The notes: generated by a model from the letters alone, not told the origin. A stretch of DNA of 64,000 nt from a virus (IMGVR_UViG_3300013383_000026:1-64000); one strand, 5' to 3'. Positions 7,763-18,899 are shown, counted from the first letter of the stretch. A program made the numbers and translations.

Positions 7763-10700
7763 TTGAACGAACCAATATGGGTAAATTATCATAAACATTC
7801 TTCTCTTAGTAATAGATACATGAAAGATAGCCCATTACTCCCCGTCGATTATTGGAATGAGCTGAAGGCTCGATATGGCGATAAACCGTGTATTTATACT
7901 ACTGTTGAACATGGATGGGCTGGTAATTATTTTAAGCAATATGATGACCTTGAAAAATTTAATAAAAAGAATAATACAAATATAAGATGGATTTATGGTT
8001 GTGAAGCTTATTGGGTAAAGAGTCGGCATGAGCAGGATAAATCTAATTGTCACATTATATTGCTTGCAAGAAATGATAATGGACGTAAAGCAATAAATAA
8101 AATTGTATCTATTGCTAATAAAGATGGATATTATTTTAGACCAAGAATCGACCTTGAGCTGATAAATCAATTACCACCTGATGATGTAATGATAACCACG
8201 GCTTGTGTCGCTTTTTGGAATAGATATAATGATATTGATTTCGTTGTAAAATCATTGGCTGAAAAATTTCCTCATTTTTATCTTGAAGTTCAAGCGCATA
8301 ATACGGACAAACAGAAAGAAATAAATCAACATATACTTGATTTGCATTATCAATGGAAATTCCCGCTCATCGCCGGTTGTGATAGTCATGTAATAACTGA
8401 AGCTCAAATTGCAGATAGAAATGACTTGCTCGAATCTGGTCGTATTCATTTTGAAGATGAAGATGGTATGACGTTGGATTATCCAACCTATGATGTACTA
8501 TTCCAGCGATTCAGAGAACAAGATGTGTTAGACGATGATGAGATAAAAGCGGCTATTGATAATACTAGTGTCATATTCGACTTTGAAGATATAAAGCTTG
8601 ACCGTTCGCTTAAGGTACCTGTTATAAAATCATTAAGAAATAAAACTCAAAATGAACGCAATAGAGTATTTGAGAATATACTTAAAGACGAATGGAAAGC
8701 GCAAAAAAACGATATAAATACTGATAAATTATCACAATATCAGATTGAAATTCGGCATGATATAAATGAAATAGAATCGTGCAATATGGCTGATTATTTT
8801 ATCTTGTCTTATTATATTATGAAGTATGGGCAAGAGAAATATGGCGGTATATTAACACCGTCTGGTCGTGGCTCTGCTGTTTCTATGTATCTCAATAAGC
8901 TCTTACGGCTTACTAAAGTTGATAAAGTAAATAGCCCTGTACTTATGTATTCTGAGCGTTTCTTAACTAAAGAGCGTGTTTTAGATAGCCATACGCCACC
9001 TGATATAGATAATAATGTTAGCGTAAGAGAGCCATTTATAGAAGCACAGAGAGAGCTTGTAGGCGAATTAGGTACATACGATTTGCTTGCTTTAGGCACA
9101 TTGAAATTAAAGGCTGCTTGGAAGATGTATTCAAGAGCTTATAATATTGAGCCTGAAACGGCAAATGAAATATCTAAACAAATAGATAGGTACGAAACAG
9201 CTAAAAAACACGCCGAAGAAGGCGAAAATGTTGATATACATTTCTATATCGACTCTAAGTATCAAGATTTAATAGATGGTTGCCAGAAATATCTTGGCAT
9301 ATATGATACAGCTAAAGGTCATCCATGCGGCTGTCTTTGTTATGAAGGCGATATAGAATCAGAAATTGGTATATCGTTGTGCAAATCTGAAGCTACTGGC
9401 AAAGAGGTATTAGTAGCTAATATCGAGTCGGGTACAATAGATGCGTTTGGTTATCTCAAGCAAGACTATCTCATAGTTGACAGCGTTGGTTTAACATATG
9501 ACGTTTATAAAGAAGCCGGTCTTGAGCCATTTACTGTCAATGAGCTACTTGTTAAGATAGAACATGATGATGCTACTTGGCAGATATATTCAGATGGTTA
9601 TACTCAATGCGTTAATCAGTGTGAACAACCCAAGTCAACACAAAAGGTTATGAGGTATAAGCCGAAGAATATATCTGAGCTAACACAATTTATAGCCGCT
9701 ATTAGACCATCATTCCAGTCGATGTATCATACGTTTGAATCAAGGCAACATTTCGATTACGGTATTAAAGCCCTTGACGATTTGCTTCAGGATGAATATT
9801 GCTCATCATCTTTTATTCTTTATCAAGAGTCATTGATGAAGGTATTGGGGTTTGCTGGCTTCCCTATGTCGGAAACTTATACTATTATCAAGGCTATTAG
9901 TAAAAAGAAAGATTATGTAATAAAAGATGCTCGACCTAAATTCATTACAAATTTTGCTAAAGCTATACTTGATACTGGCGAAACAGATGATATAGATAAA
10001 GCCCATGAGTTAGCCGAAGAAGTATGGACAATTATAGAAAATAGTGCCTCTTACGGCTTTAATAGTGCCCATGCTTATTGTATGGCTATTGATAGTGTTA
10101 CAATAGCTTACCTTAAAGCTCATTATCCACTTGAATTTTACAAGTGTGTATTACAGCGATTTACAGATAAAGGCGAAAAAGATAAAGTATCATTTATAAA
10201 ACAAGAAATGCTCAAGCGCGGCTATAAACTTAAAGACATACAATTTGGTGATGATAACCGGCAATTTAATATTGATAGAGCGCATAATTGCATAGTGCAA
10301 ACTATGACAAGTATTAAAGATATGCCGAAAACAGCGCCTCAAGCATTATATGAATTAGGCCAAAAGAGCATTAAAAATCGAGCCGATTTATATCAAGCTC
10401 TCATGGATGATTCAAGAATCAATAGTAAAGCTTGTGATATATTATTTAAGCTTGGTTATTTTGGCAGATTATGCTCTAATCCTAATCGACTAATGTCCGA
10501 ATATGAAATATATCAAAAATATATTTCAACAAAAGTCTTGACAAAATCAAAGTTTGATGATACAATGATTGAGCAAATAAGGCAATGTGCCGGTGAAGAA
10601 TCTGATAAGCAATTCAGAGATATAGACAATAAGAAGCTTATCTCGTTATTTATTAAGCAAGCTACAATTCAGCCGTACAGTATAGCTCAACAAATCAAAT

Positions 10701-11014
10701 GGCAAATAGAGCTATTGGGCTATTCAAATCTAACAGATTCAACACGAAATGCTAATGACTGGATAATAACAAATATCGAAAAAAATAGTTATGGTTCAGT
10801 ATTTTTATCGTTATATAATATTTGTTATGGAGCTCATAGACGATATAAATTAGCTAAACAATATGTCAATAAATCAAGTGAGTTGTCTGTTGGAGATATT
10901 GTTAGATGTGTATTAGCTGAAAGAAATAAGTGGCGCAAAAATGAAAACGGCGAATTTGTTAAATCTGCCGAAATGGAAACTTATATTAAATGCTATAAAA
11001 GATTGGAGGATTAA
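7763..11014 (+). CDS. dnaE: DNA polymerase III alpha subunit (family C)
   Basis: PHP domain (HKHS, EHG, HIILLA, DSH), GRGSA, catalytic PDIDN, YGFNSAHA; start reassigned to TTG 7763 after the RBS. Confidence 0.95.
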   Translation: MNEPIWVNYHKHSSLSNRYMKDSPLLPVDYWNELKARYGDKPCIYTTVEHGWAGNYFKQYDDLEKFNKKNNTNIRWIYGCEAYWVKSRHEQDKSNCHIILLARNDNGRKAINKIVSIANKDGYYFRPRIDLELINQLPPDDVMITTACVAFWNRYNDIDFVVKSLAEKFPHFYLEVQAHNTDKQKEINQHILDLHYQWKFPLIAGCDSHVITEAQIADRNDLLESGRIHFEDEDGMTLDYPTYDVLFQRFREQDVLDDDEIKAAIDNTSVIFDFEDIKLDRSLKVPVIKSLRNKTQNERNRVFENILKDEWKAQKNDINTDKLSQYQIEIRHDINEIESCNMADYFILSYYIMKYGQEKYGGILTPSGRGSAVSMYLNKLLRLTKVDKVNSPVLMYSERFLTKERVLDSHTPPDIDNNVSVREPFIEAQRELVGELGTYDLLALGTLKLKAAWKMYSRAYNIEPETANEISKQIDRYETAKKHAEEGENVDIHFYIDSKYQDLIDGCQKYLGIYDTAKGHPCGCLCYEGDIESEIGISLCKSEATGKEVLVANIESGTIDAFGYLKQDYLIVDSVGLTYDVYKEAGLEPFTVNELLVKIEHDDATWQIYSDGYTQCVNQCEQPKSTQKVMRYKPKNISELTQFIAAIRPSFQSMYHTFESRQHFDYGIKALDDLLQDEYCSSSFILYQESLMKVLGFAGFPMSETYTIIKAISKKKDYVIKDARPKFITNFAKAILDTGETDDIDKAHELAEEVWTIIENSASYGFNSAHAYCMAIDSVTIAYLKAHYPLEFYKCVLQRFTDKGEKDKVSFIKQEMLKRGYKLKDIQFGDDNRQFNIDRAHNCIVQTMTSIKDMPKTAPQALYELGQKSIKNRADLYQALMDDSRINSKACDILFKLGYFGRLCSNPNRLMSEYEIYQKYISTKVLTKSKFDDTMIEQIRQCAGEESDKQFRDIDNKKLISLFIKQATIQPYSIAQQIKWQIELLGYSNLTDSTRNANDWIITNIEKNSYGSVFLSLYNICYGAHRRYKLAKQYVNKSSELSVGDIVRCVLAERNKWRKNENGEFVKSAEMETYIKCYKRLED

Positions 11015-11018
11015 ATAA

Positions 11019-11342
11019 ATGGATGCCGTAGAGTTTATTAAAGCTCGCAGACGGATGTACGGAAAGAATTGCATTAAAAAGAACATGATAACCGACAAAC
11101 CTGAAGATGTTGTGTTTGAGGTTGAAAAATGGGCTAAAGAAAATCCCCTTAAAGCAAGACAGGATGAACTTCTAAAAATTTTTCCACATGCACAAAAAGA
11201 CGAAACTACTGGTGCTATATCTATATGCCCTGCAACGATAAGCAATTCTCATAGAGATGAAGAGGGATGCTGTAATCAAATGGGCGTTTATTGTTCTGAA
11301 TGCCAGAGTAAATTTTGGTTGGAAGAAATAGAATATAGTTGA
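11019..11342 (+). CDS. Hypothetical protein
   Basis: MDAVEFIK...EVEKWAKE...C..C..KFWLEEIE, a recurring phage small-protein pattern. Confidence 0.75.
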   Translation: MDAVEFIKARRRMYGKNCIKKNMITDKPEDVVFEVEKWAKENPLKARQDELLKIFPHAQKDETTGAISICPATISNSHRDEEGCCNQMGVYCSECQSKFWLEEIEYS

Positions 11343-11352
11343 GGTGATATAA

Positions 11353-11556
11353 ATGCAATAACAGCTTGAAGAAATAAAAGAATTTTATTATGATATGGAT
11401 AGTTTTCACGATAAACTCGAAGAATATACGGGTATTAAAGCAAATCCATGTATAGAATATCAATATTTCGATAGTTGCGGGGATTATATTGGGAGCAGTG
11501 ATACAAGTAGTTTAGAAGATTTACTGGATGCGGCTTATATTGGAGTTAAGCAATGA
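11353..11556 (+). pseudogene. Small gene with premature TAA at codon 3
   Basis: RBS GAGGTG, ATG CAA TAA, then 64 open in-frame codons ending in an ATGA overlap with the next gene. Confidence 0.55.
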
Positions 11557-11810
11557 GACTAATAGATGTTGATAGAGCAGAATTATATGATGTTATTGGG
11601 CGTAATGCGTTTAAGACGCGAGACGATATTAGGTATTTAATTGATATTCAACCAACAGTAGATGCTGTACCAGTTGTAAGGTGTAGGGATTGTTCGCATC
11701 GTAATAAAATTCTTTGCCCAATGATACATGAAACATTAGGCAATGGTCTTATTGATTATACTACTGATGACGGGTATTGTGATAGAGGTAAAAGAAAGGG
11801 CAAGATATGA
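11553..11810 (+). CDS. Hypothetical protein (MRLID...PTVDAVPVVRC.DC family)
   Basis: Motif common in Firmicutes phages. Confidence 0.75.
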   Translation: MRLIDVDRAELYDVIGRNAFKTRDDIRYLIDIQPTVDAVPVVRCRDCSHRNKILCPMIHETLGNGLIDYTTDDGYCDRGKRKGKI

Positions 11811-12037
11811 AAAAAGGATGGATTTGTCCAAGATGTGGCAAAGTAAATGTGCTGTTTATTGGTTGGTGTGATTGTAAACCAGAAAGTGTTAGCGATACCG
11901 AAGATAGATGTTGGTGCGGTGGTAGGCATGAGTGGGTAAGGCTTCCCGATAAAGAGGGAATAACAGTCGCTCATGGCTTCAAATGTAGCAAATGTGGTAA
12001 TTATAAACATGAATATCCCACAGGTGAGGGAATTTAA
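11807..12037 (+). CDS. Hypothetical zinc-binding protein
   Basis: GWICPRCG, CSKC. Confidence 0.65.
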   Translation: MKKGWICPRCGKVNVLFIGWCDCKPESVSDTEDRCWCGGRHEWVRLPDKEGITVAHGFKCSKCGNYKHEYPTGEGI

Positions 12038-12060
12038 TTAAAAGAAAGGATATGATGTAA

Positions 12061-12693
12061 ATGAGTAAGGCTATTATGATTTTAGGCGCAAGTGGCGCAG
12101 GAAAGACCACAAGCCTTGAGAAGCTTGACCCTAAAGTAACATTTTATATTGATGCTGATGGCAAGGGACTAAGCTGGAAGGGCTGGCGTAAGCAGTATAA
12201 TAAAGAGAATAAGAATTATTTTCGTTGTGATGACCCTGAGCAGATTTTTGGACTTATGCGGCAGATTGACGAAAAGCAGAAGCAAATTAAGTTCCTTGTT
12301 CTTGACACTCTAAATGGGTGCATGGTAGCTGATGAGATGCGTCGATCCAGAGAAAAGACGTATGATAAGTGGATGGATTTGGCACAGAGCGTCTATAATA
12401 TTGTCGATTATTCTAATAAAATGCGTGATGATTTGACCGTTATTCTTATTGGGCATACTCAGACAAGTGATGATGGCTTTACTTGTATGCTTACTAATGG
12501 CCGCAAGCTTAATAAGATTTGCCTTGAAAGCAAGATGACTACTGTGTTGCTGTCTCGAATTAATGATAATGGCGATTATGTATTTGAGACACGAGCTAAG
12601 AATAGTACGGCTAAGACTCCACGTGGCGCATTTGATACTGACGAAATTCCTAACGACATTACGATTGTTCTCGATGCTCTGAAGGATTTTTGA
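12061..12693 (+). CDS. AAA-family ATPase (Sak4/AAA_24-like recombination protein)
   Basis: Walker A GASGAGKT, Walker B-like LVLDT; adjacent to an SSB-like gene. Confidence 0.8.
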   Translation: MSKAIMILGASGAGKTTSLEKLDPKVTFYIDADGKGLSWKGWRKQYNKENKNYFRCDDPEQIFGLMRQIDEKQKQIKFLVLDTLNGCMVADEMRRSREKTYDKWMDLAQSVYNIVDYSNKMRDDLTVILIGHTQTSDDGFTCMLTNGRKLNKICLESKMTTVLLSRINDNGDYVFETRAKNSTAKTPRGAFDTDEIPNDITIVLDALKDF

Positions 12694-12738
12694 TAAAATA
12701 AACTAAAATGATGTAAAAATTAAAGGAGAAAATTATTT

Positions 12739-13353
12739 ATGAAGAAGATTAACGATTTTGACAAGATTCAGGAAAATAGTAGTGGTTATAAGCGTCTGCC
12801 CGATGGTGGATATATTGTTGGCATAAAGAATGTAAGTGATGATTCTAATAAGGAATTTCTGAGAATTGAACTTGATGTATGCAAGGGTGAACATAAGAAT
12901 TATTTTCAGAAGCAGTATGATGCCGATACAAGAGAAGAAAAGTGGTGGCCGAGAGATGGCGTTCTTATCAGGTCTTATCGTGAACGAGCCTTGCCGTTTT
13001 TTAAGGGTTTCATTACGTCTGTAACCAAGTCCAATAAGAATTTTGAATGGAATTGGCAGGAACAGTCTCTCAAGAATAAGATTTTCGGAGTTGTATTTGC
13101 CTCTGAGGAATACCAGAAGAATAATGGTAAGATTGGTACTCGCAGTTATATAGCAAGCGTACATAGTGTCGAGGCGATTGAGAAGGGTGATTTTACCATT
13201 CCTGAACTCAAGAAGCTTACTGTAACTGCTGCCACTAATAATTCTAACGGTGCTATTGTTAATCCCTTTGAAGATGATAGACCTATCGAAAGTCCGTTTG
13301 ATGATAATTCCAGCCCGTTTGATACTGATGACGACAACATCTGGAGCGATTAA
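12739..13353 (+). CDS. Probable ssDNA-binding protein (DUF669-like)
   Basis: LPDGGY.V.I motif; acidic aromatic tail (NPFEDD..SPFDD..IWSD); position after the AAA gene. Confidence 0.65.
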   Translation: MKKINDFDKIQENSSGYKRLPDGGYIVGIKNVSDDSNKEFLRIELDVCKGEHKNYFQKQYDADTREEKWWPRDGVLIRSYRERALPFFKGFITSVTKSNKNFEWNWQEQSLKNKIFGVVFASEEYQKNNGKIGTRSYIASVHSVEAIEKGDFTIPELKKLTVTAATNNSNGAIVNPFEDDRPIESPFDDNSSPFDTDDDNIWSD

Positions 13354-13423
13354 AAATAATATAAAATAATACTTGACAAAACCTCTTTTATGTGATATGT
13401 TATATAAGGGAGGTTTTGTTGAA

Positions 13424-14065
13424 GTGATTAATCTTACAAATAAATTTACAGCTATCGGTCAATTACAAGAAGCTAATGTCCAATTATATCCAACACATAT
13501 TAAAATAAAATTATCTCTTAGTATAAACGATATAACATTAACATTATATCAAACCACATCTAAAAGATTCAACAGACAGCAATATGATAATATAATGTCG
13601 ATGTTACCCAATTTACATTGCGAAATTGATGGTTGGGTTTATGCTAAGGGCGAACAATATTATAAGCTCAAACAAGATAAGCCAAGCCGATTACTTATAT
13701 CTGGCAATTTATCGACTTATGCTAATCGAGTATTTTTTAATATGTGTTATATGCAATTTAGTAATATGGCTGATATGTTATCTATTGAGCTTGATGGGCA
13801 ATGGATAAATAATCATCAATTCTTAAATGTATTATATTCAAGCCCAAGAGTATTCAATATTACGCCGCCTAATATATGGCAGGATGATTGTTTATATCAC
13901 TTGAAATTAGGGTATAATGCTGGGTATAATATAATTGATGGTATTGTTCAATCAAATGATAATAGCGAATTATTTATATTGTCATATGACAAGTTGGATA
14001 AATATATTGATGATGAATTAAAAAAGAAATTATTACTTGAATGGGATATAATTTCTGAAAATTGA
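13424..14065 (+). CDS. Hypothetical protein
   Basis: Own promoter (TTGACA 13373) and RBS GGGAGG; GTG start 13424. Confidence 0.7.
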   Translation: MINLTNKFTAIGQLQEANVQLYPTHIKIKLSLSINDITLTLYQTTSKRFNRQQYDNIMSMLPNLHCEIDGWVYAKGEQYYKLKQDKPSRLLISGNLSTYANRVFFNMCYMQFSNMADMLSIELDGQWINNHQFLNVLYSSPRVFNITPPNIWQDDCLYHLKLGYNAGYNIIDGIVQSNDNSELFILSYDKLDKYIDDELKKKLLLEWDIISEN

Positions 14066-14074
14066 TAGAGGTGC

Positions 14075-15082
14075 ATGATGAAAGTATTAAGTTTGTTTGA
14101 TGGCATTAGCTGCGGTCGATTAGCTTTAGAAAGAGCTGGTATTCCCGTTGAAAGATATGTGGCTTATGAGATTGATAAAAATGCAATTAAAATAAGCAAA
14201 GCCAATTGGGATGATATTGAGCATTGCGGCGATGTGACTATTGCTGATTTTAATCAATATAAAGATAATATTGATATTGTCCTTGGTGGTTCGCCCTGTC
14301 AAGGTTTTAGTTTCGCAGGTAAGCAGCTTAATTTTAACGACCCAAGGAGCAAGTTGTTTTTTGAATTTGTTAGAGCAATAGAAGAAGTCAAACCTAAATA
14401 TTTTCTTCTTGAGAATGTTAAGATGAAAAAGGAGTATCAAGATACTATTAGTTCTTATCTAGGAGTCGAGCCAATAGAGATTAATTCTAATCTAGTTTCT
14501 GCTCAAAATAGGAAGAGGTTGTATTGGACCAATATTCCTAATATTAAACAACCTAAAGATTTGGGCATTATGTTAAAAGATATTGTCCATGAAACAGCTG
14601 GGGATAATATTGATTTAGAGCCATATAAAGTCCCCTTCAATAACAGTTTAATAATTCTTGACGATGAAGTAAAATCAAGAAAAATTGGATATTTTGGCAA
14701 AGACAGTCAGGGTGGAAGAGTATACTCTATACATGGCAAAGCGGCTACTTTATGTGGTGAAGGCGGTGGTGGGTGCGCAAAAATGGGACAATATTTATTT
14801 GGATGCATAACACCGGATAGATTAATAAAACGCCAAAATGGCCAAAGATTTAATGATGGAAAATATTTTTATACGTTAACTGCGCAGGACAAGCATGGCG
14901 TGTTTGTCAATGGATATATTAGAAAACTAACACCAATTGAATGCGAAAGGCTACAAACCTTACCAGATAATTATACTTGCGCAGTTCCAAATACGGCAAG
15001 ATATAAAGCGCTTGGTAACGGATGGACGGTTGATGCAATTACTCATATATTGAGTTCAATCCCAGAAGAAGATAAAAATTAA
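14075..15082 (+). CDS. DNA (cytosine-5) methyltransferase
   Basis: LSLFDG motif I, GGSPCQGFS catalytic PC, LENV, QNRKRLY, YKALGNGW. Confidence 0.92.
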   Translation: MMKVLSLFDGISCGRLALERAGIPVERYVAYEIDKNAIKISKANWDDIEHCGDVTIADFNQYKDNIDIVLGGSPCQGFSFAGKQLNFNDPRSKLFFEFVRAIEEVKPKYFLLENVKMKKEYQDTISSYLGVEPIEINSNLVSAQNRKRLYWTNIPNIKQPKDLGIMLKDIVHETAGDNIDLEPYKVPFNNSLIILDDEVKSRKIGYFGKDSQGGRVYSIHGKAATLCGEGGGGCAKMGQYLFGCITPDRLIKRQNGQRFNDGKYFYTLTAQDKHGVFVNGYIRKLTPIECERLQTLPDNYTCAVPNTARYKALGNGWTVDAITHILSSIPEEDKN

Positions 15083-15174
15083 ATTAAAAACAACTCTTGA
15101 CAAAAGCCTTTTAATGTGATAATATAAATACAACGAGAGGCTTTTATCTTTTATTTTGAGGAGGTAAAATAATA

Positions 15175-15375
15175 ATGAAAAAAGTATCTGGGTCTATTAG
15201 TGTTCGCGCACTTGGTCACTATGATTTCGAGTTCTATGTAGATGATAATGTTACAGCCGAAGAGATTAAGAAAAAAGTAGATGAAGTGTGTGATTATGAC
15301 ATTAGTTATGATGTAGAACCGGGATATGAAGAATATACTGAAGTTCGTTATCGTAAGAAGGGCGCGTGGTGGTAA
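15175..15375 (+). CDS. Hypothetical protein
   Basis: RBS GAGGAGGT; promoter at 15097. Confidence 0.7.
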   Translation: MKKVSGSISVRALGHYDFEFYVDDNVTAEEIKKKVDEVCDYDISYDVEPGYEEYTEVRYRKKGAWW

Positions 15376-15605
15376 TGATAAAATTTATTGAGAAGAAAAA
15401 TAAAACGGTCGAATTCCACACGCTTAAAGTCGGAGATACATTCAAAAGTCCTAAATTTTCTGCACATTATATGAAGTTTGAATGTGTCATAAATACTAAT
15501 GGAGATGCATATAATAGTATAAATCTTGACACTGGGACATTAGTAAGGTTTAGTGGTACAGATGATGTATATGTTGTAAATCTTACGGTAGAAGTGGAAT
15601 ATTAA
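15375..15605 (+). CDS. Hypothetical protein
   Basis: Coupled ORF. Confidence 0.6.
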   Translation: MIKFIEKKNKTVEFHTLKVGDTFKSPKFSAHYMKFECVINTNGDAYNSINLDTGTLVRFSGTDDVYVVNLTVEVEY

Positions 15606-15606
15606 T

Positions 15607-16074
15607 ATGTCTGAAATAAAATGCCGAGTATGCAATAAACAAATAGATAAATCACAAGCAATACAAATTAAGCCAAGAATATATGTATGTTGCGATGAAT
15701 GTAAGCAAGCATATGAAAGCAAAGGTAAACCGACCAAGCCAGTAAATAATAGTCGAAAAGAATTGCTTAATTATATCAGTCAAATTTGTCCCAATGCTAA
15801 TTTTGTTGTTGTTAGTAGTCAACTAAAAAAGATGATGGCCGATTGTCCTAAGATGACTTATGGCGGCATAAAATATACTATATGGTATATAGCTAATCAT
15901 GCTGGTAAAGATGTATCTATATCTCCATTAGGGCTTGTGCCTTATTATTACGACGAGGCGGCTAATTATTATAAATGGCTAAAACAAATAAAAAATCAAA
16001 TCATTGCTTATGATTTTGTTCAAAATGAAGAAACGGTCATTAAAACGATTAAAGAAGAGGATGTGTTTGATTGA
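15607..16074 (+). CDS. Zinc-finger protein, possible helicase loader
   Basis: CRVC...CCDEC; sits upstream of the helicase; function inferred from position only. Confidence 0.6.
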   Translation: MSEIKCRVCNKQIDKSQAIQIKPRIYVCCDECKQAYESKGKPTKPVNNSRKELLNYISQICPNANFVVVSSQLKKMMADCPKMTYGGIKYTIWYIANHAGKDVSISPLGLVPYYYDEAANYYKWLKQIKNQIIAYDFVQNEETVIKTIKEEDVFD

Positions 16075-16262
16075 GATTGTGTGGCCATGATTGTATACCG
16101 TGTTGTATATTTTGTAAATATATGATACCTGATGTAGAAAATTCTATTAATTTTGGACTGAAAGGATGTAATCTATATCTCGATGAAGAACATCAAGAAA
16201 TTGCTGATGCTTGTGGATATTGTGACAATTTTGTTTATATGAATGCAGAAGATAAAATTTAA
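16071..16262 (+). CDS. Hypothetical Cys-rich protein
   Basis: Coupled ORF. Confidence 0.55.
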   Translation: MRLCGHDCIPCCIFCKYMIPDVENSINFGLKGCNLYLDEEHQEIADACGYCDNFVYMNAEDKI

Positions 16263-16299
16263 TTAATTCCGCTCTAGTCTCTTATGAAAGAGGTGATAA

Positions 16300-17787
16300 T
16301 TGTTGTATGATGTTCAATCGGCAAGATTACTTCTTGGAGCATTGCTGATTAAACCAACATTTATACTTGATGATAAATACCTACTAAGTAAAGCCGATTT
16401 TTCAGCGAATGAATTCCATCAAAGATTATATCAAGCTATTAACGCCTTGGCTAAAAAAGGTTGTCGATCAGTATCGGCTATTGATGTATATAATTTGTGT
16501 AGAAATAATCAAATAGTCAAAAGAGTATTTGACGATAACGATTTGTCTGGTTTTATAGATACGATTAAACAATTAGCTAATATAGATAATTATGCTTTAT
16601 ATTATGAAGCCGTAAGAAAATGTAGCTTGCTTAATTCGTATAGTGATGCTGGATTTAATATCAGTAAGTTCGAGCATGATGTTGAAAAGTATGGTATAGA
16701 AGATATAGTTCAATATTATGAAGGGCAACAGATAGCTATAAAAAAGCAATTTTATCAAGATAAATCTGTCAAGGAGTATAAGGCTGGCGATGGATTCGCT
16801 GAGATAAAAGAAGGCTTTAAGGTTGAGCCAATGTATGGCGCAAGCACATTTAGCCCAATGGTTAATACTATAACTCGTGGCTGGATTTCAGGACAGTTAT
16901 CTGTATATGGTATGCCAAGCGGTACTGGTAAATCAACTATTGGCTTATATAATCTTGTTAAAGTATGCTGCCCTGAGATATGGGATGATAAGTCCGATAG
17001 ATATATAACTAATCCGTGTTATCAACACAAAGGCGGCTTATATCTCGAATGGGAGATGGATGCCAAAAGAGAAGTAACACCTAAACTCGTATCGTCTATA
17101 AGCGGCGTTGGCACAAGAACAATACTCGACGGCAAATATCAAGAGGACGAGGAAGAGCGAGTAGATAAGGCTATCGATATACTCAATCGGTCTAATATCT
17201 ATATCGTCTGTATGCCTAATTTTACTGTTGATATGATTGAATCATATGTAAAAGATTATGTTATAAATCATAATGTACAATATATTGTATATGATTATAT
17301 AACCGATGGGGCTTCTGCCTTTAATGATTTGGCTAAGAAAAATGGCGTATCGACTCGCTCCGACCAAGCACTTGCGGCGATTGCGTCTAAGCTTAAAGAT
17401 ATAGCCGTTGATTTGAATGTGGCTATTATGAGCTTTACACAAGTTAATGCTAATATAAATACTCAAGAAATATTAGATGCTGGCGTTATTGCTGGTTCAA
17501 GGGCGATTCAAAATACCTGTGATATATTGGGTATTATGTCTCCATTGCGTAAACAAGAACAAGAAGTATGTGATATGGTAATGGAGAGTAAATTTGCTGG
17601 TAGCAAAATCAAACCCAATCGTGTATTGTCAATGGCTAAAGTTCGTTTCGGCTCAGAAGAACAAGGTATTAGAGTATGGTGTTTTGTTGACTTAAATACT
17701 GGTCATGTTACAGATATGTTTGCTACCAATAAATTTAATCAACTCATAAATCTCACCTCAACAAATCTAATATATAAAAATTCTTGA
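16300..17787 (+). CDS. dnaB: Replicative DNA helicase (DnaB-like)
   Basis: Walker A GMPSGTGKS, YDYI, TQVN, GSRAIQN..D, KVRFG. Confidence 0.85.
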   Translation: MLYDVQSARLLLGALLIKPTFILDDKYLLSKADFSANEFHQRLYQAINALAKKGCRSVSAIDVYNLCRNNQIVKRVFDDNDLSGFIDTIKQLANIDNYALYYEAVRKCSLLNSYSDAGFNISKFEHDVEKYGIEDIVQYYEGQQIAIKKQFYQDKSVKEYKAGDGFAEIKEGFKVEPMYGASTFSPMVNTITRGWISGQLSVYGMPSGTGKSTIGLYNLVKVCCPEIWDDKSDRYITNPCYQHKGGLYLEWEMDAKREVTPKLVSSISGVGTRTILDGKYQEDEEERVDKAIDILNRSNIYIVCMPNFTVDMIESYVKDYVINHNVQYIVYDYITDGASAFNDLAKKNGVSTRSDQALAAIASKLKDIAVDLNVAIMSFTQVNANINTQEILDAGVIAGSRAIQNTCDILGIMSPLRKQEQEVCDMVMESKFAGSKIKPNRVLSMAKVRFGSEEQGIRVWCFVDLNTGHVTDMFATNKFNQLINLTSTNLIYKNS

Positions 17788-17837
17788 CATAACTAATCAC
17801 GTATGTTATAATCGTCTCAGAAAGGAGATGATATTAT

Positions 17838-18896
17838 TTGATAGATATTGAAGCGCTTAAAGCAAAAATAGATTCAGATGATATTATCTCCTTATTAGAT
17901 TCTTTGAATGTGCCGTTGGTTAAGGCCAATGAGCAAGCAATGATATTTTATTCTGCTTGTCATTGGCATGACGAGTGTGAAAAACATAAGCCAAAATTAT
18001 ATATATATCCAGATGGCACGTGCCACTGTTATTCATGCTCATTTCACGGGGATATAATAAGTTTAATTCAGCAAATAAAACAATGTGACCTTAAGCAATC
18101 TATTGCATATATTTGCAAGATTCTGCATATAAATACAAATGAATGTATGCAGAATACGGCTATTGACCCTTGGCAAAAAGAGTTGAAGAGATTCTTACCT
18201 AATGCCGAGCCTGATGAAGTTGATATACCGATATACGACAAACAAGTTATAGATTTATTTGAGCCGATGCCTCATCAATCTTGGCTAAATGATGGCATAA
18301 ATCAAGATGTAATGAGTCGATTTAATATAGGATGGTATAGCCGTAATGCTCAAATAACTATACCTATATTTAATACTAGCAGCGATTTAATTGGTATTCA
18401 TGCGAGAAACACCCGTAAAGCATTAGTTGATAAAGGGCTTAAATATCAACCGCTCAAAACATTAAACTGTGAATATAAATTTCCAACAGGACAAGTTACA
18501 TATGGGCTATATGAACAGCAAGATAACATACAAGATAATAAGCAAGTTATTTTGTATGAAGCCCCAAAATCGACCTTACAGAGTTTATCACAAGGTATTG
18601 ATATTCCGGCATTAGGAATGTTTGGCTGGAATTTTAATAAATTGCGCCGCAATATGCTATTAGAATATAATATCAATTCCGCGATAATAGCTCTTGATAA
18701 ACAATATATTCAGCCTAATGGTACTGAATTTGATATATATGTTAAACAAGTAAAAAAAATAGCTAATCTATTTAAGCCATATTGTGATGTATATGTGCTA
18801 TATGATGATAAAGGTTTATTAGATTATAAGGATAGCCCGATAGATAAAGGTCGAGACGTATTTGATAAATTATATGAAAGGAGGATAAAATTATAA
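17838..18896 (+). CDS. dnaG: DNA primase (zinc-binding + TOPRIM)
   Basis: C.WH...CHCYSC zinc domain; YEAPKS and ALDKQ TOPRIM-like motifs; follows the helicase; promoter TTGACA 17784/TATAAT 17807. Confidence 0.8.
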   Translation: MIDIEALKAKIDSDDIISLLDSLNVPLVKANEQAMIFYSACHWHDECEKHKPKLYIYPDGTCHCYSCSFHGDIISLIQQIKQCDLKQSIAYICKILHINTNECMQNTAIDPWQKELKRFLPNAEPDEVDIPIYDKQVIDLFEPMPHQSWLNDGINQDVMSRFNIGWYSRNAQITIPIFNTSSDLIGIHARNTRKALVDKGLKYQPLKTLNCEYKFPTGQVTYGLYEQQDNIQDNKQVILYEAPKSTLQSLSQGIDIPALGMFGWNFNKLRRNMLLEYNINSAIIALDKQYIQPNGTEFDIYVKQVKKIANLFKPYCDVYVLYDDKGLLDYKDSPIDKGRDVFDKLYERRIKL

Positions 18897-18899
18897 GAT

